A DNA stretch of 64,000 bases from Nitrospiria bacterium (GCA_035498035.1 DATKAN010000061.1:19720-83719); one strand, 5' to 3'; positions 13,929 to 28,356 are shown, counted from the first letter of the stretch. Notes: generated by a model from the sequence alone, not told the origin. Made by a program: numbers and translations.

Positions 13929-14654
13929 ATGTCATTATTAGAGACTGAGGCCGTTATTCTAAACGGTTTGCGGCTGGGAGAGGCGGACAAGCTCGTGACC
14001 CTCTTAACCGCAAGAAAGGGAAAGGTGAAGGCCGTTGCGAAGGGCGCGCGACGACCCCGCAGCCGTTTTGGCGCGGCGCTCGAGCCTTTCATGCATTGCC
14101 ACGTGATCCTGTTCGAGAAAAAGCCGACGGTGTTGATGCGGATGAACCAGGCCGATATTTTGATGCCCTTTATGAAAATACGCGAAGACCTGGAGCGGAT
14201 CGAGACGGCGTCGCGAATGGTCCGGATCGTCTCGGCCCTTCTCCCGGAAGGGGAAGCCAATCCCAAGATCTTCTCCTTGCTTCTTGCCGGGCTGGGCGAA
14301 GTGGAAAAGAGCGGTCACCTGGAATGGCTGCTTCGCGTGTTCGAGATCCGCTGCTTGAAGCACGCGGGGTACCAGGCCCGCCTGGACCGCTGTCTGATCT
14401 GCGACCGCGGGATCGACGCGAAGGCGGTTTATTTTTCGCCGAAGAACGGGGGCACTCTTTGCGGTCCCTGCGCGCGGACCCTCGCCGAACCTTTGGAACC
14501 CGTCTCCGCCGGGACGGTCTCGCTCCTGCGTCTCGTGGGCCGGATGAACTGGGCCGGGCTGTCCCGTCTGAAGGCGTCCCCCAAAATGCTGCAGGAAGTC
14601 AAGAACGTCAACGATGCCCATCTCCGTTTCATCCTCGGGAAATCGGTCTATTGA
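13929..14654 (+). CDS. recO: DNA repair protein RecO
   Basis: LGEADKLVTLLT..GKVKAVAKGARRP, Zn-finger CLIC...CGPC; follows era. Confidence 0.92.
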   Translation: MSLLETEAVILNGLRLGEADKLVTLLTARKGKVKAVAKGARRPRSRFGAALEPFMHCHVILFEKKPTVLMRMNQADILMPFMKIREDLERIETASRMVRIVSALLPEGEANPKIFSLLLAGLGEVEKSGHLEWLLRVFEIRCLKHAGYQARLDRCLICDRGIDAKAVYFSPKNGGTLCGPCARTLAEPLEPVSAGTVSLLRLVGRMNWAGLSRLKASPKMLQEVKNVNDAHLRFILGKSVY

Positions 14655-14883
14655 GGTCCCAAGCGGAATTATCAGGTTCACCCGACCCGCCGAATTGAGT
14701 TCTTTCGGTCGATCAGGCTTGGCGGGCCGCCTGCGATGGCGTCTGAAACGGCGCAGAGTCGGAGGCGACGTCGGTGCCGCCATCGTTCCCGGCAGTCCGT
14801 GCAAGGACATAAGGCCCGGGTGGATTCGTGCCCGGTTCCATACGGGTTCTTCCCCCGCATCGAAAATGGCCCCGAATTTTCCT

Positions 14884-14912
14884 TTGACAACTCCGCCGTT
14901 TCTATTTATAAT
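14884..14912 (+). promoter_or_regulatory. Consensus sigma70 promoter for lepA-lepB and downstream genes
   Basis: Exact TTGACA (14884-14889)-N17-TATAAT (14907-14912). Confidence 0.85.
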
Positions 14913-14949
14913 ATTTTGATTTAGAGGATTTTAGAGAGGTTAAAACATC

Positions 14950-16746
14950 TTGCAAACGGCGATCCGAAATTTTTCCATTATCGCCCACATCGATCACGGG
15001 AAATCCACCTTAGCCGACCGGATTCTTGAACAGACCGGCGCCATCACCCAACGTGAACAACGCGACCAGATCCTGGATGATATGGATCTGGAACGGGAGC
15101 GCGGAATCACCATCAAGGCGCATGCGGTGCGGCTCGAGTACCGGGCCGACGACGGACATCAATACCACCTCCATCTGATCGACACACCGGGCCACGTGGA
15201 CTTCACCTATGAGGTCTCCCGCAGCCTGGCCGCCTGCGAAGGCGTGTTGCTCGTGGTCGACGCCACTCAGGGGGTGGAGGCCCAGACGATCGCCAACGCC
15301 TATCTGGCCATGGAAAATAACCTCGTCATCCTTCCCGTCATCAACAAGATCGACCTCCCGAGTGCCGATGTCGAGCGCGTCTCCAAGCAGATCAAGGACA
15401 TCCTCGGGCTGGACCATGTCGACGTGCTTCTGGCCAGCGCGAAGGAGGGGATCGGGATCAAGGAAATCCTTGAGGCGATCGTCAAACGCATTCCGCCCCC
15501 TCGGGGGGACGCGGACAAACCGCTCAAGGCCCTGATTTTCGATTCCTGGTTCGACAATTACCAGGGCGCGGTCGTCCTGACCCGCGTGATCGACGGCCGC
15601 ATGGGGATCGGGTCGAAGATTCGTCTGATGTCCACACAAAAGGAATTTGAGGTCATGGAACTCGGCTTTCTGACCCCGAAAAAGAAACCGGTCCGGGAGT
15701 TGACCACCGGCGAGGTCGGCTACCTCGTCGCGGGATTCAAAAAGGTGAGCGATACCAAAATCGGGGAGACGATCACGGACGCGACCCGTCCCACGAGCGA
15801 GCCTTTTCCGGGCTACAAAGAAATCAAGCCGATGGTCTTCTGCGGACTGTACGCGGTCGACAGCGACCAATTCGAGGATTTGCGGGACGCGCTTGAAAAG
15901 TTGCGTTTGAATGATGCATCCTTTACCTACGAGCCCGAGACCTCCCTGGCCCTGGGGTTCGGTTTCCGCTGCGGTTTTCTCGGGCTTCTCCACATGGAGA
16001 TCATTCAGGAACGCCTGGAGCGCGAGTACGGTCTGAACCTGATCAGCACCGCGCCGACCGTCGTCTACAAAGTCCTGACCCTGCGCGGCGAGTGGCTTTC
16101 GATCGACAATCCGGCGAAGCTTCCCGATCCGTCGCATATCGAGCGGTTCGAGGAACCGTTCATCCGGGCCACGATCCTTACGCGGGAGGAATACGTGGGG
16201 GCGATGCTGGGCCTCTGCCAGGAAAAGCGCGGCCTTCAGATCGAGATGGACTACCTCGATGTCGACCGCGTGAAGCTGGTCTACGAGCTCCCGCTCAACG
16301 AGATCATCATGGATTTCTACGACCGGCTGAAATCCCTGAGCAAGGGATACGCCTCGCTGGACTACGAGCACATCGGCTTCCGCGAATCGGAGCTGGTGAA
16401 GGTCGACATCCTGTTAAACGGGGAGAACGTGGACGCCCTGTCCTTCATCGTGCATCGCGACAAGGCCTATCCCCGGGCCCGACTGATCGCCGAAAAGTTA
16501 AAAGAGGTCATTCCCCGCCAGATGTTCGAGGTAGCGATCCAGGCCGCGATCGGCAGCAAGATCATCGCCCGCGAAACGATCGGGGCCATGCGGAAAAACG
16601 TCACCGCAAAATGTTACGGCGGCGACATCACACGGAAGAGGAAATTATGGGAGAAACAGAAGGAAGGAAAGAAGCGTATGAAGCAGGTGGGACGGGTCGA
16701 AGTCCCGCAGGAGGCGTTCCTCGCCCTGCTGAAGGTGAAAGAATAG
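14950..16746 (+). CDS. lepA: Elongation factor 4 (LepA)
   Basis: [52 protein letters not shown]; TTG start. Confidence 0.98.
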   Translation: MQTAIRNFSIIAHIDHGKSTLADRILEQTGAITQREQRDQILDDMDLERERGITIKAHAVRLEYRADDGHQYHLHLIDTPGHVDFTYEVSRSLAACEGVLLVVDATQGVEAQTIANAYLAMENNLVILPVINKIDLPSADVERVSKQIKDILGLDHVDVLLASAKEGIGIKEILEAIVKRIPPPRGDADKPLKALIFDSWFDNYQGAVVLTRVIDGRMGIGSKIRLMSTQKEFEVMELGFLTPKKKPVRELTTGEVGYLVAGFKKVSDTKIGETITDATRPTSEPFPGYKEIKPMVFCGLYAVDSDQFEDLRDALEKLRLNDASFTYEPETSLALGFGFRCGFLGLLHMEIIQERLEREYGLNLISTAPTVVYKVLTLRGEWLSIDNPAKLPDPSHIERFEEPFIRATILTREEYVGAMLGLCQEKRGLQIEMDYLDVDRVKLVYELPLNEIIMDFYDRLKSLSKGYASLDYEHIGFRESELVKVDILLNGENVDALSFIVHRDKAYPRARLIAEKLKEVIPRQMFEVAIQAAIGSKIIARETIGAMRKNVTAKCYGGDITRKRKLWEKQKEGKKRMKQVGRVEVPQEAFLALLKVKE

Positions 16747-16748
16747 CC

Positions 16749-17378
16749 TTGACTACGCCGGAGAAGGTCCGGACCCGATCGCAGTTCCGGGAATACGCCG
16801 AAGCGATCATCATCGCGGTTCTCCTGGCTTTATTCATTCGAACCTTCATCGTTCAGGCGTTCAAGATACCCTCCGGATCCATGATCGAGACCCTCCAGAT
16901 CGGGGATCACATCCTGGTCAATAAGTTCCTGTACGGGGTTAAAATCCCGTTCACGGATGTGGAGCTGTTTCCGATCCGGAAACCCCACCGATTGGATATC
17001 ATCGTGTTCAAGTACCCGGAAGACGAGTCCAAGGATTTCATCAAGCGGGTCATCGGTGAACCCGGGGACGTGGTCGAAGTCCGGGACAAAACGGTCTACG
17101 TCAATCACCAGGCCCTTGTCGAGCCGTACGTGATCCACCGCGACGCGATGATCCTTCCGGCCGGGGCCCAATCTCCCCGGGATAATATGGGGCCGCTGAC
17201 CGTTCCGCCGGATTCTTACTTTGTAATGGGAGACAACCGGGATCAGAGCCTGGACAGCCGCTTCTGGGGGTTCGTGAAGCGGGAGAAAATCAGAGGCAAG
17301 GCCTTCATGATCTACTGGTCCTGGGACGGTCCGCACACCTGGGTCCGCTGGAACCGGATCGGGCGCTTGATTTCATGA
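16749..17378 (+). CDS. lepB: Signal peptidase I
   Basis: IPSGSM (catalytic Ser), FIKRVIG (Lys), GDNRDQSLDSRFWG. Start placed at TTG 16749, just after the lepA stop. Confidence 0.95.
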   Translation: MTTPEKVRTRSQFREYAEAIIIAVLLALFIRTFIVQAFKIPSGSMIETLQIGDHILVNKFLYGVKIPFTDVELFPIRKPHRLDIIVFKYPEDESKDFIKRVIGEPGDVVEVRDKTVYVNHQALVEPYVIHRDAMILPAGAQSPRDNMGPLTVPPDSYFVMGDNRDQSLDSRFWGFVKREKIRGKAFMIYWSWDGPHTWVRWNRIGRLIS

Positions 17379-18390
17379 ACACGTCGCCGCATCCTCACGA
17401 ACCGGATCGCGTCGAACGCCTGGTTCAATACTGCCAGCGTTTTCCGAAGGTCCGCTTGATGGTCGTCGGGGACGTGATGCTGGATCATTATATCTGGGGG
17501 GGCGTCGATCGCATATCCCCGGAGGCCCCCGTTCCGGTCGTCGCGGTCTCGAACGAATCCATCCATTTGGGCGGGGCCGCGAATGTCGCCCATAACGTCG
17601 TGTCGCTCGGAGGAAAGGTCGAGCTCTGCGGCGTCATTGGAAAGGATGACTTTGGCGGTCGGATTCTCCGCGAGTTAAAACGGCTGAAGATCGGAACCGA
17701 GGGACTCCGGGTGGATCCGGATCGCCCGACCACCAAAAAGACCCGTGTGATCGCGCATAACCAACAGGTCGTTCGCTTTGACCGCGAACAGCGTCTGGCC
17801 GTTTCGGAAAAAATCCGTCGCGCCCTCTTCGAATTCATCGGTCGGCGCATCCGGCGCGTCGACGGGGTGGTGGTCTCGGACTACTCCAAAGGCGTGATCA
17901 CGGGAGAACTGATGAAGGACCTGATCGGCCTCGCGCAGCATCACGGGGTGCCGATCATCGTGGATCCCAAGGTGGGACACATGTCGTATTACAAAGGAGT
18001 CCAGGTGATCACCCCCAACACGATCGAAGCCTTTGGAGCGGCGGGTTTGGAAACCCGATCGGAGGAGGATCTGATGCGGGCTGGACAAATCCTGCTGGAG
18101 CGGCTGGAATGCCGGGCCGTCCTGATCACACGGGGCGAGCACGGGATGAGCCTTTTTGAAAAGGACGGAAAGGTGACCCATATTCCGACCGTGGCCCGGG
18201 AGGTGTACGATGTGACCGGAGCCGGCGACACGGTGATCGCCACCCTGGCCTTGGCTATGGGCGCGGGCGCCGAGATGCGGGATGCGGCGCTTCTGGCCAA
18301 TTACGCCGCCGGCATCGTCGTCGGTATCGTCGGAACGGCACCGGTTCAGCGGGCGCGGCTGGCGCAGGTACTGCGGGAACGGACTTCTTC

Positions 18391-18394
<4 letters not shown>
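17375..18394 (+). CDS. rfaE1: D-glycero-beta-D-manno-heptose-7-phosphate kinase (RfaE domain I)
   Basis: VVGDVMLDHY, RISPEAPVPV, GGAANVA, SDYSKG, DVTGAGDTV (PfkB signature). Confidence 0.9.
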
Positions 18395-21619
<3,225 letters not shown>

Positions 21620-21647
21620 ACGCGCCGGGACGGGGAAGCTTATAACC

Positions 21648-22607
21648 ATGCTCGAAGACACAGCCAGGAAAGTGTTGCGGGTTGAGGCGCAGGCGATCCA
21701 GGACCTGATCGGGCGGATCGATCGAACCTTTTCCCAAGCGGTCGGGCTTTTACACGGTTGCAAGGGCCGGGTCGTCATCACCGGAATGGGAAAGTCCGGG
21801 CTGATCGGGAAAAAGATCGCAGCCACGCTGGCCAGCACCGGAACGCCGGCCTTCTTCCTGCATCCGGCGGAAGGGGTCCACGGCGACCTGGGAATGGTGT
21901 CCAAAGGCGATGTCGTTGTGGTGATTTCGAACAGCGGGGAGACCGAGGAGTTGATCAAGATCCTCCCGGCCTTCAAGCGTCTGGGCGTAGCGATCCTCTG
22001 TCTGACGGGCAACACCCGGTCCACACTGGCCATGAACAGCGATACGGTCATCGATGTCGGCGTGAAGGAGGAAGCCGGCCCGCTGGGACTCGTCCCGACC
22101 GCCAGCACGACGGCCACCTTGGCGATGGGGGACGCCCTCTCCGTGGCGCTCTTGGAAAAACGGGGATTCAAGGATGAAGATTTCGCCTATTCTCATCCGG
22201 GCGGCAGTCTTGGAAAGAAACTCCTCCTGAAAGTGTCGGATGTCTGGCACCACGGCCCCGCCCTTCCTCGGGTGACCGAGAAGACCCCCTTGAAGGATGT
22301 CATCGTGGAAATGACCTCGAAAAAAATGGGAATGACCACGGTTGTCAGCCCGCGGGGAACGCTTTCAGGGGTGGTGACCGACGGAGATCTCCGGCGCTTG
22401 CTCGAGCGTGAACGGGCCCCCATGCGCCTCAAGGCGGCCGACGTGATGACGCGAAATCCCAAGGTGATCGGGCCCAACGCCTTGGCGGCCAAGGCGGTTC
22501 AGGTCATGGAACAATATTCGATCACGTCCCTGGTGGTGGTGGGCGCGCAACGCAAGGTCATCGGAGTGGTCCATCTGCACGATCTTTTAAAGTCGGGCGT
22601 GGTTTAA
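21648..22607 (+). CDS. kdsD: Arabinose-5-phosphate isomerase (SIS plus two CBS)
   Basis: GMGKSGLIG, HPAEGVHGDLG, PTASTTATLAMGDAL, HPGGSLG, C-terminal CBS pair. Confidence 0.93.
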   Translation: MLEDTARKVLRVEAQAIQDLIGRIDRTFSQAVGLLHGCKGRVVITGMGKSGLIGKKIAATLASTGTPAFFLHPAEGVHGDLGMVSKGDVVVVISNSGETEELIKILPAFKRLGVAILCLTGNTRSTLAMNSDTVIDVGVKEEAGPLGLVPTASTTATLAMGDALSVALLEKRGFKDEDFAYSHPGGSLGKKLLLKVSDVWHHGPALPRVTEKTPLKDVIVEMTSKKMGMTTVVSPRGTLSGVVTDGDLRRLLERERAPMRLKAADVMTRNPKVIGPNALAAKAVQVMEQYSITSLVVVGAQRKVIGVVHLHDLLKSGVV

Positions 22608-22631
22608 TTTCAAAGGTAGAACAGGACGATC

Positions 22632-23147
22632 GTGAAGCATCCTAAAGCGATTCTTGAGAAAGCCCGTCGGGTTGAATTCCTCCTGCTCGACGTGGACGGC
22701 GTCATGACGGACGGAACGATTTACATCGATGCGGATGGACGGGAAACGAAGGCCTTCAACATCTACGACGGCTCCGGCATCCATATGCTCCGGAAAGCCG
22801 GGGTGCGGGTCGGAATTATCACGGGCCGGCAATCGACGATCGTGGACTTTCGCGCCCAGGAACTGGGGATTGCGGAAGTCCACCAAAGGGTGTTGGACAA
22901 GATCAAGGTCTACGATGAACTCCTCCGCAAATACGACCTGAAGGATTTTCAGATGGCCTATATCGGCGACGACGTGATCGATCTTCCGATCCTGAAACGG
23001 GCCGGGCTCTCGGTGGCCGTTCCGAACGCCCATCCGGATGTGAAGGGCCGGGTGGATTGGGTGACCCAGAAGGCGGGCGGAGCCGGCGCCGTCCGTGAAG
23101 TGACCGATCTTCTTCTGTTTTCGCGCCAGCCTCGACGTCGATCCTGA
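22632..23147 (+). CDS. kdsC: KDO-8-phosphate phosphatase (HAD family)
   Basis: LLDVDGVMTDG, IITGR, YIGDDVIDL, GAVREV. Confidence 0.93.
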   Translation: MKHPKAILEKARRVEFLLLDVDGVMTDGTIYIDADGRETKAFNIYDGSGIHMLRKAGVRVGIITGRQSTIVDFRAQELGIAEVHQRVLDKIKVYDELLRKYDLKDFQMAYIGDDVIDLPILKRAGLSVAVPNAHPDVKGRVDWVTQKAGGAGAVREVTDLLLFSRQPRRRS

Positions 23148-23198
23148 ACGGCTCAAGGTCGCGGAGGGTGTTGCCGCGGACACAACATTTTGTAAACG

Positions 23199-24143
23199 AT
23201 GGCCCGGACACGGTTCGGTAGACAGGCACAAAGGCTCCTACGCTTTTTTCTCTGGGCCGGGCTTTTGGGATTCCGTTTCATCTCGCGGTGGATTCCCCGG
23301 AACTTAGGCCTTTCGATGGCCGGGGGACTGGGAACGGCGGCATTTTTTCTCCTCGTTAAAGAGCGCCGAAAGACGCTTTACCATCTTCAGATGGCGTTGG
23401 GCGGGGAGCGTTCACCCGAAGACAGACAACGCATCGCTCTCGAATGTTTTCGAAACTTGGGACGGACTTTTTTTGAAGTTTTAACCCTGGACCGGCTGAC
23501 ACGGGATGAGCTGGACCGGCTTGTAACGTTTGAAGGAGAGGAGGGTCTCAAAGCCGCCGCCGACGACGGTCGAGGCGTACTTTTTGTTACGGCTCATATC
23601 GGGAACTGGGAACTTTTGGGAGGGGCAGTGGCCATGCGCTATCCCTTGGCGGTGGTGGCCGCGCCGATTTATGATCGCCGTGTGGAGAAGGTCATGATCG
23701 GTCTTCGAGCGGCCCACGGAATCGAAACACTGGTTCGGGACAGCCCGAGCGCCCTGAAGCGTATGATCGCGATGCTTCGGCGCGGGGGCGTGGTCGGCCT
23801 GCTCATCGATCAGGACACCAAAGCGGACGGTGTATTCGTCCCTTTTTTTCACCGGGAAGCCTTTACCCCGACCGGGCCTGCGAGCCTGGCCTATCGCACC
23901 GGCGCTTCCGTGGTGGTCGGATTCATCGTAAGAGAGGGCCGCGAACGTCACCGGATCATCCTCCACGGTCCGCTGCCCCTTCCTCGAACCGGAGACATCG
24001 AGCGGGACATTCGGGATCAAACCGCCGGGTTCACAAGGATGATCGAAGAGCAAATCCGCAGGACGCCCGAGCAATGGATCTGGATGCATCGCCGATGGAA
24101 AACGGCGGCAAGCCTTTCTGGCGGGTCCTTGCCGGAGGAATGA
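23199..24143 (+). CDS. Lipid A biosynthesis acyltransferase (LpxL/HtrB family)
   Basis: HIGNWE acyltransferase motif, LIDQD, FVPFF, PEQWIWMHRRWK; lies in the KDO cluster. Confidence 0.88.
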   Translation: MARTRFGRQAQRLLRFFLWAGLLGFRFISRWIPRNLGLSMAGGLGTAAFFLLVKERRKTLYHLQMALGGERSPEDRQRIALECFRNLGRTFFEVLTLDRLTRDELDRLVTFEGEEGLKAAADDGRGVLFVTAHIGNWELLGGAVAMRYPLAVVAAPIYDRRVEKVMIGLRAAHGIETLVRDSPSALKRMIAMLRRGGVVGLLIDQDTKADGVFVPFFHREAFTPTGPASLAYRTGASVVVGFIVREGRERHRIILHGPLPLPRTGDIERDIRDQTAGFTRMIEEQIRRTPEQWIWMHRRWKTAASLSGGSLPEE

Positions 24144-24147
24144 GCCC

Positions 24148-24696
24148 ATGAACCTCCCCAATTTGATCACGCTGTTGCGAATCTTTCTGATTCCCGTTTT
24201 TATCCTGGTTTTTCTCACCCCCACCCAGCCGCGCTCACTGGCCGCCGCCATTATATTTATAATCGCCTCCCTGACGGACCTGATGGACGGCTACTTGGCA
24301 CGGCGTTGGAAGCAGATCACAAAGCTCGGAAAATTTCTGGACCCGATCGCGGATAAATTCCTGGTTCTGGCCGCGCTGATTATGTTGGTGGATTTCCACC
24401 GCGTCTCTTCCTGGATCGCGATCGTGATCATCGGTCGCGAATTGGCCGTGACCGGTCTTCGGGCGATCGCCTCCTCCTCCGGCATCGTGATCGGGGCCGA
24501 TGAGGCCGGAAAATACAAAATGGCCATTCAGACCGTTTCCATCGGGCTCCTGATTCTCGAATACAAGATCGGTTTTATCAACTTTCATGCATGGGGAACC
24601 TTTTTGCTCTGGATTTCAATGATCTTGGCGATTCTCTCCGGGATACAGTATTTCATAAAATTTTTAACCCAGATTGATCCGATAGAGATCAAATGA
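24148..24696 (+). CDS. pgsA: CDP-diacylglycerol--glycerol-3-phosphate 3-phosphatidyltransferase
   Basis: NLPNLITLLR, DLMDGYLAR...GKFLDPIADK, IIGRELAVTGLR. Confidence 0.95.
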   Translation: MNLPNLITLLRIFLIPVFILVFLTPTQPRSLAAAIIFIIASLTDLMDGYLARRWKQITKLGKFLDPIADKFLVLAALIMLVDFHRVSSWIAIVIIGRELAVTGLRAIASSSGIVIGADEAGKYKMAIQTVSIGLLILEYKIGFINFHAWGTFLLWISMILAILSGIQYFIKFLTQIDPIEIK

Positions 24697-25292
24697 ACCT
24701 GAATCCCGCCCTCGCCATCGTGACCGTCATCGGATATCTGGCCGGATCCATCCCGTTCGGAGTGATCTTTTCGCGTTGGATGGCCCGGGTCGATCCGCGT
24801 GGCCACGGTAGCCGGAATATCGGTTTTACCAACGTCCTCAGGACGGCCGGTCGGGCGCCGGCCGCACTGACACTGGTGGGAGATCTGGGAAAAGGTTATC
24901 TGGCGGTTCGGTTTGCCCAATGGCTATCCGTGGGGGAGACCGGCGATTGGCTGGCCGGCTTGGCGGCGGTGTTGGGTCATAATTATCCGGTCTTCCTGGG
25001 ATTCAAAGGCGGAAAAGGGGTCGCTACCGGCTTGGGGGTTCTGTACGGAATTCATCCCTTGCTGGGTTGGTTGACGACCGTCATCTGGGGCGCGACGGTC
25101 CTGATCTCACGGTACTCTTCTTTGGGAGCGATCGTGGCCTTCGGGTTATTGCCGTTCGTCGCCTTATTTTTTCGTCCCGCTCGCCTTATGCTCCTCTTTT
25201 CGTTGTTCTTAACCGGGCTCATCTTAATTCGGCACACGGCCAACATTCAGCGTCTGCGTTCGGGAACTGAACCCAAAATCGGTCGGGCATGA
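24693..25292 (+). CDS. plsY: Glycerol-3-phosphate acyltransferase
   Basis: GYLAGSIPFG, GSRNIGFTN, DLGKG, GHNYPVFLGFKGGKGVAT, RHTANIQRL. Confidence 0.95.
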   Translation: MNLNPALAIVTVIGYLAGSIPFGVIFSRWMARVDPRGHGSRNIGFTNVLRTAGRAPAALTLVGDLGKGYLAVRFAQWLSVGETGDWLAGLAAVLGHNYPVFLGFKGGKGVATGLGVLYGIHPLLGWLTTVIWGATVLISRYSSLGAIVAFGLLPFVALFFRPARLMLLFSLFLTGLILIRHTANIQRLRSGTEPKIGRA

Positions 25293-27163
25293 AAAAATTC
25301 GGACAGATGATTTTATCCCAAGCGGCCTTGACGGTCCTCACGGGCGTGATTTTATCCTTCCCGGTCCAGCCCGCGGAAGCGACTTCGGTCCTTTCGTTTC
25401 CAACCCAACAATTTCCTCCGTGGGCCGAGACGGCTTGGTCGGAATATAGAATGCAGAGGGCATCGGGACAAATAAAGGAAGCCGCCGATACATTAAATCA
25501 AATCCGGAAACAGGCCGCCCATCAAGGGATCCGGGGATTTGACCTTCTGGCCGCGGTGATGATCCAAGAAGGGGAGGAGGCGCTTTCAAAAGGGAACGTT
25601 GACGAAGCGGTCGAGCTGGGGGAAACGGCAAGAAAATGGTCACCCGATGACCCGAACAGCGCTTTCTTTTTAGCCGAGGCGCTGTTCGATCAACATCCTT
25701 TTTCACCTTACTCGGCCCTAAGAAACTACCTAAGGGGACTATCCGCCGCGGCACAGGATTTCTGGTTTTCATTTTATTTCCTCGGCCGTTTGGTCCTGGT
25801 CTTGTTGGTTGGGCTCCTCGGCAGCTATATGGTCTTTTTCGCCTTCCTGCTCATCCGCTACCTACCGCTTCTGGTTCACGGTCTTCATGAAGGGATCGGG
25901 ACCGTTTTAAATCGCCCGGCCATATGGGCCGTGGTGGTGACCCTTCTATTCACACCCTTGCTCATCGGTACGGGCCCGGGGTTTCTCTTCCTGGTCGGTC
26001 TCTGTTTGATTTGGAGGTTTATGACGGGTGTCGAGCGTCTCATCTCGCTCGCACTCGGGGTGGCCCTGAGCCTTTCGGTATTTTGGCTGCCTCCAACGCT
26101 TTCCTGGTTTACGGCGGATGAGTCTCCCGAATTACGATTACTGTCCCAGGTCATTCGGGGTGATGCGTCCGCAACCGGTTCGGCCGTTCGGATAGGGGAG
26201 CGGGGGGGATACGATAAGAATTGGCCGGTCCTTTTCTCACTGGCCTTGCAAAAAAAGCGGGAGGGCAACTATGCCGAGGCGTTGGAAGGGTATCAGCAGT
26301 TGCTAAAACTCGAACCGGACCGCTCGATCATCCTGAACAACCTGGGAAACGTCTACTTTCTCATGCAGCGCAACGAGGAAGCGATGGCCTCTTACAAGCT
26401 TGCTCTCGGCAAGAACTCGAAGGATGCGGCCAGTCACTATAACCTCGGCCTGGTTTATCGTGAGCTGCTCCGGTTTAACGATGCCGAACAGGAAAATGAG
26501 ACGGCCCAGCGGATTAATCCTTCCTTGATCAGGTCCTATACAGGTTCGGGTCCGGTGGACGAGCTTATATCGAAAACGATTTTGTGGAAAATTGCATTCA
26601 CCGGCTCGCCTTCAAAGGACACCGCTTCCAATGCGCTTTTTGACATGATCCTGTGGCCTCTCCCGCTCGGAAAATCGCCCTACTTTGCGCTCTTCCTTGC
26701 GGGAGGTGTGATCGTCAGCCACCTGGCCTTGTCGCGTAAATTCACGGCCGCCCCCTGCGCGCTTTGCGGACGTCCCATTTGTTTTCATTGCCAGCGCAGG
26801 ATTCTGGATCATAAAACCTGTTCGACCTGTTGGAGGAACTTCAAGAACGTCAAAAGAAAATCAGATCTCCGTCAAATCAAGACACGGCGGCGCTGGATTT
26901 TCAGGACGGCCCGCTGGATCTCGATTCTGTTCCCGGGGGCCGGGCATTTTTACTTCGGACAAGAGTTGAAGGGTTTTATTTTTTTGACGGTTTTCATCGG
27001 CATCCTGTTTGCCTTCTTTTTCAGGAACGGATTTCTCCATGCTCCGTTTGAGCATGGGGAAATCTTTGGCATTGTCGGCTTGTCCCTGATCCTGCTGGTG
27101 CTCGTGGTCTTATATGGGTGGGTGCTTCACGACATTTTAAAGGTCTCGTATGACAACGCATAA
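25289..27163 (+). CDS. Multi-pass membrane protein with TPR repeats and a Cys-rich motif
   Basis: Signal-like N-terminus, several TM segments, TPR-like NNLGNVY/YNLGLVY, CALC..C..C...CSTC, and a PGAGHFY motif. Confidence 0.65.
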   Translation: MKKFGQMILSQAALTVLTGVILSFPVQPAEATSVLSFPTQQFPPWAETAWSEYRMQRASGQIKEAADTLNQIRKQAAHQGIRGFDLLAAVMIQEGEEALSKGNVDEAVELGETARKWSPDDPNSAFFLAEALFDQHPFSPYSALRNYLRGLSAAAQDFWFSFYFLGRLVLVLLVGLLGSYMVFFAFLLIRYLPLLVHGLHEGIGTVLNRPAIWAVVVTLLFTPLLIGTGPGFLFLVGLCLIWRFMTGVERLISLALGVALSLSVFWLPPTLSWFTADESPELRLLSQVIRGDASATGSAVRIGERGGYDKNWPVLFSLALQKKREGNYAEALEGYQQLLKLEPDRSIILNNLGNVYFLMQRNEEAMASYKLALGKNSKDAASHYNLGLVYRELLRFNDAEQENETAQRINPSLIRSYTGSGPVDELISKTILWKIAFTGSPSKDTASNALFDMILWPLPLGKSPYFALFLAGGVIVSHLALSRKFTAAPCALCGRPICFHCQRRILDHKTCSTCWRNFKNVKRKSDLRQIKTRRRWIFRTARWISILFPGAGHFYFGQELKGFIFLTVFIGILFAFFFRNGFLHAPFEHGEIFGIVGLSLILLVLVVLYGWVLHDILKVSYDNA

Positions 27164-27178
27164 GCGAAGGAACCCAAG

Positions 27179-28351
27179 ATGGCATTAGAAGGCTCCCTCA
27201 AAGATTTTGGCTTGGCCGATATCTTTCAACTGATCTACCACCAGAAGAAAACGGGGACTCTGACGATGAAAAACGCCTCAATGGAGGCGAAGGTCCTGTT
27301 TGAAAACGGATGTGTCGTCAAGGCGGAGTCTTCTAACCTGGAAGGTCCGAATAAGATCGGACAAATATTGGCCCGCTCCAACAAGATCACCGAGGATCAA
27401 CTTAAACAAGCTTTATCTAATCAACAGAATTCTAAAGATAAAATTGGTGAAATCCTCATAGGAATGGGGGCCATACAAAAAGAAGATTTGGTCAAAGCCT
27501 TGGGAATTCATGTCAGAGAAGCCGTATTAAGTTTGTTCAAATGGAAAGAAGGACGCTACAGTTTTGAACCTTCGGAGATGATCTCGATTGAACGGGATTA
27601 CTGGCTTCCTGTCAATACCGAATTTCTCATAATGGAAGGGGTTCGGAGAATTGACGAGTGGCCCTTCATCGAGAAAAAAATTCCCAACCTGGAGATTGTT
27701 TTTGAGAAAAGCGGAGAGATCACCGACACCTTAAGGGTTGCAAACTCTGAAGAAGATCCGACCGCTGATATATTCGCCGAAAAGAAAACGGATAAGGAAA
27801 TTCAAATTACACAAGAAGAGATGAACATTTATAACCTGATCGACGGTCAACAGAATGTCAGGGGTTTGATCGATATCACCAATATGGGAGAATTTGAAAC
27901 CTGCAAGGCCTTAAGCAATTTGCTGACGGCTGGGCTGATCGTTCAGAAATACAAAACGGACGCCCCCAAAAAAGAAATAGGCACAACCACACCCAGCAAG
28001 GTACGGATTTCATGGCTTTCCAGTCGGCAGTTGCTGAGTGGTTTGATAATATTTATCTGTATTCTCATCATGGTCGCTGGAGGATGGCAGATAATGCAAA
28101 GGGCGAAGGAGACTGAAGATTTTGTTGGCTTGTACAGAAACATGGGTTTGGAAAACCGCATGCAAGGGATTGCCAACACCATCCTGGTTTACCATTACCG
28201 GAACGCTCAGCTTCCCAAATCTCTCGATGTCCTGTCACATGAAGGTTATATTTCCGAGAAATCGCCGCTACGGGGAGTAACAACGGAAATAGGGTATGAA
28301 ATGCAAAGCGACGCCTCTTCATTTACATTAAAGACTGATGGGAACCCGTAG
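27179..28351 (+). CDS. DUF4388-domain protein
   Basis: N-terminal LEGSLKDFGLADIFQLI...KTGTL, W.EGRYSF, LIMEGVRRIDEW (recalled DUF4388 pattern); C-terminal TM helix. Confidence 0.7.
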   Translation: MALEGSLKDFGLADIFQLIYHQKKTGTLTMKNASMEAKVLFENGCVVKAESSNLEGPNKIGQILARSNKITEDQLKQALSNQQNSKDKIGEILIGMGAIQKEDLVKALGIHVREAVLSLFKWKEGRYSFEPSEMISIERDYWLPVNTEFLIMEGVRRIDEWPFIEKKIPNLEIVFEKSGEITDTLRVANSEEDPTADIFAEKKTDKEIQITQEEMNIYNLIDGQQNVRGLIDITNMGEFETCKALSNLLTAGLIVQKYKTDAPKKEIGTTTPSKVRISWLSSRQLLSGLIIFICILIMVAGGWQIMQRAKETEDFVGLYRNMGLENRMQGIANTILVYHYRNAQLPKSLDVLSHEGYISEKSPLRGVTTEIGYEMQSDASSFTLKTDGNP

Positions 28352-28356
28352 ATTAT

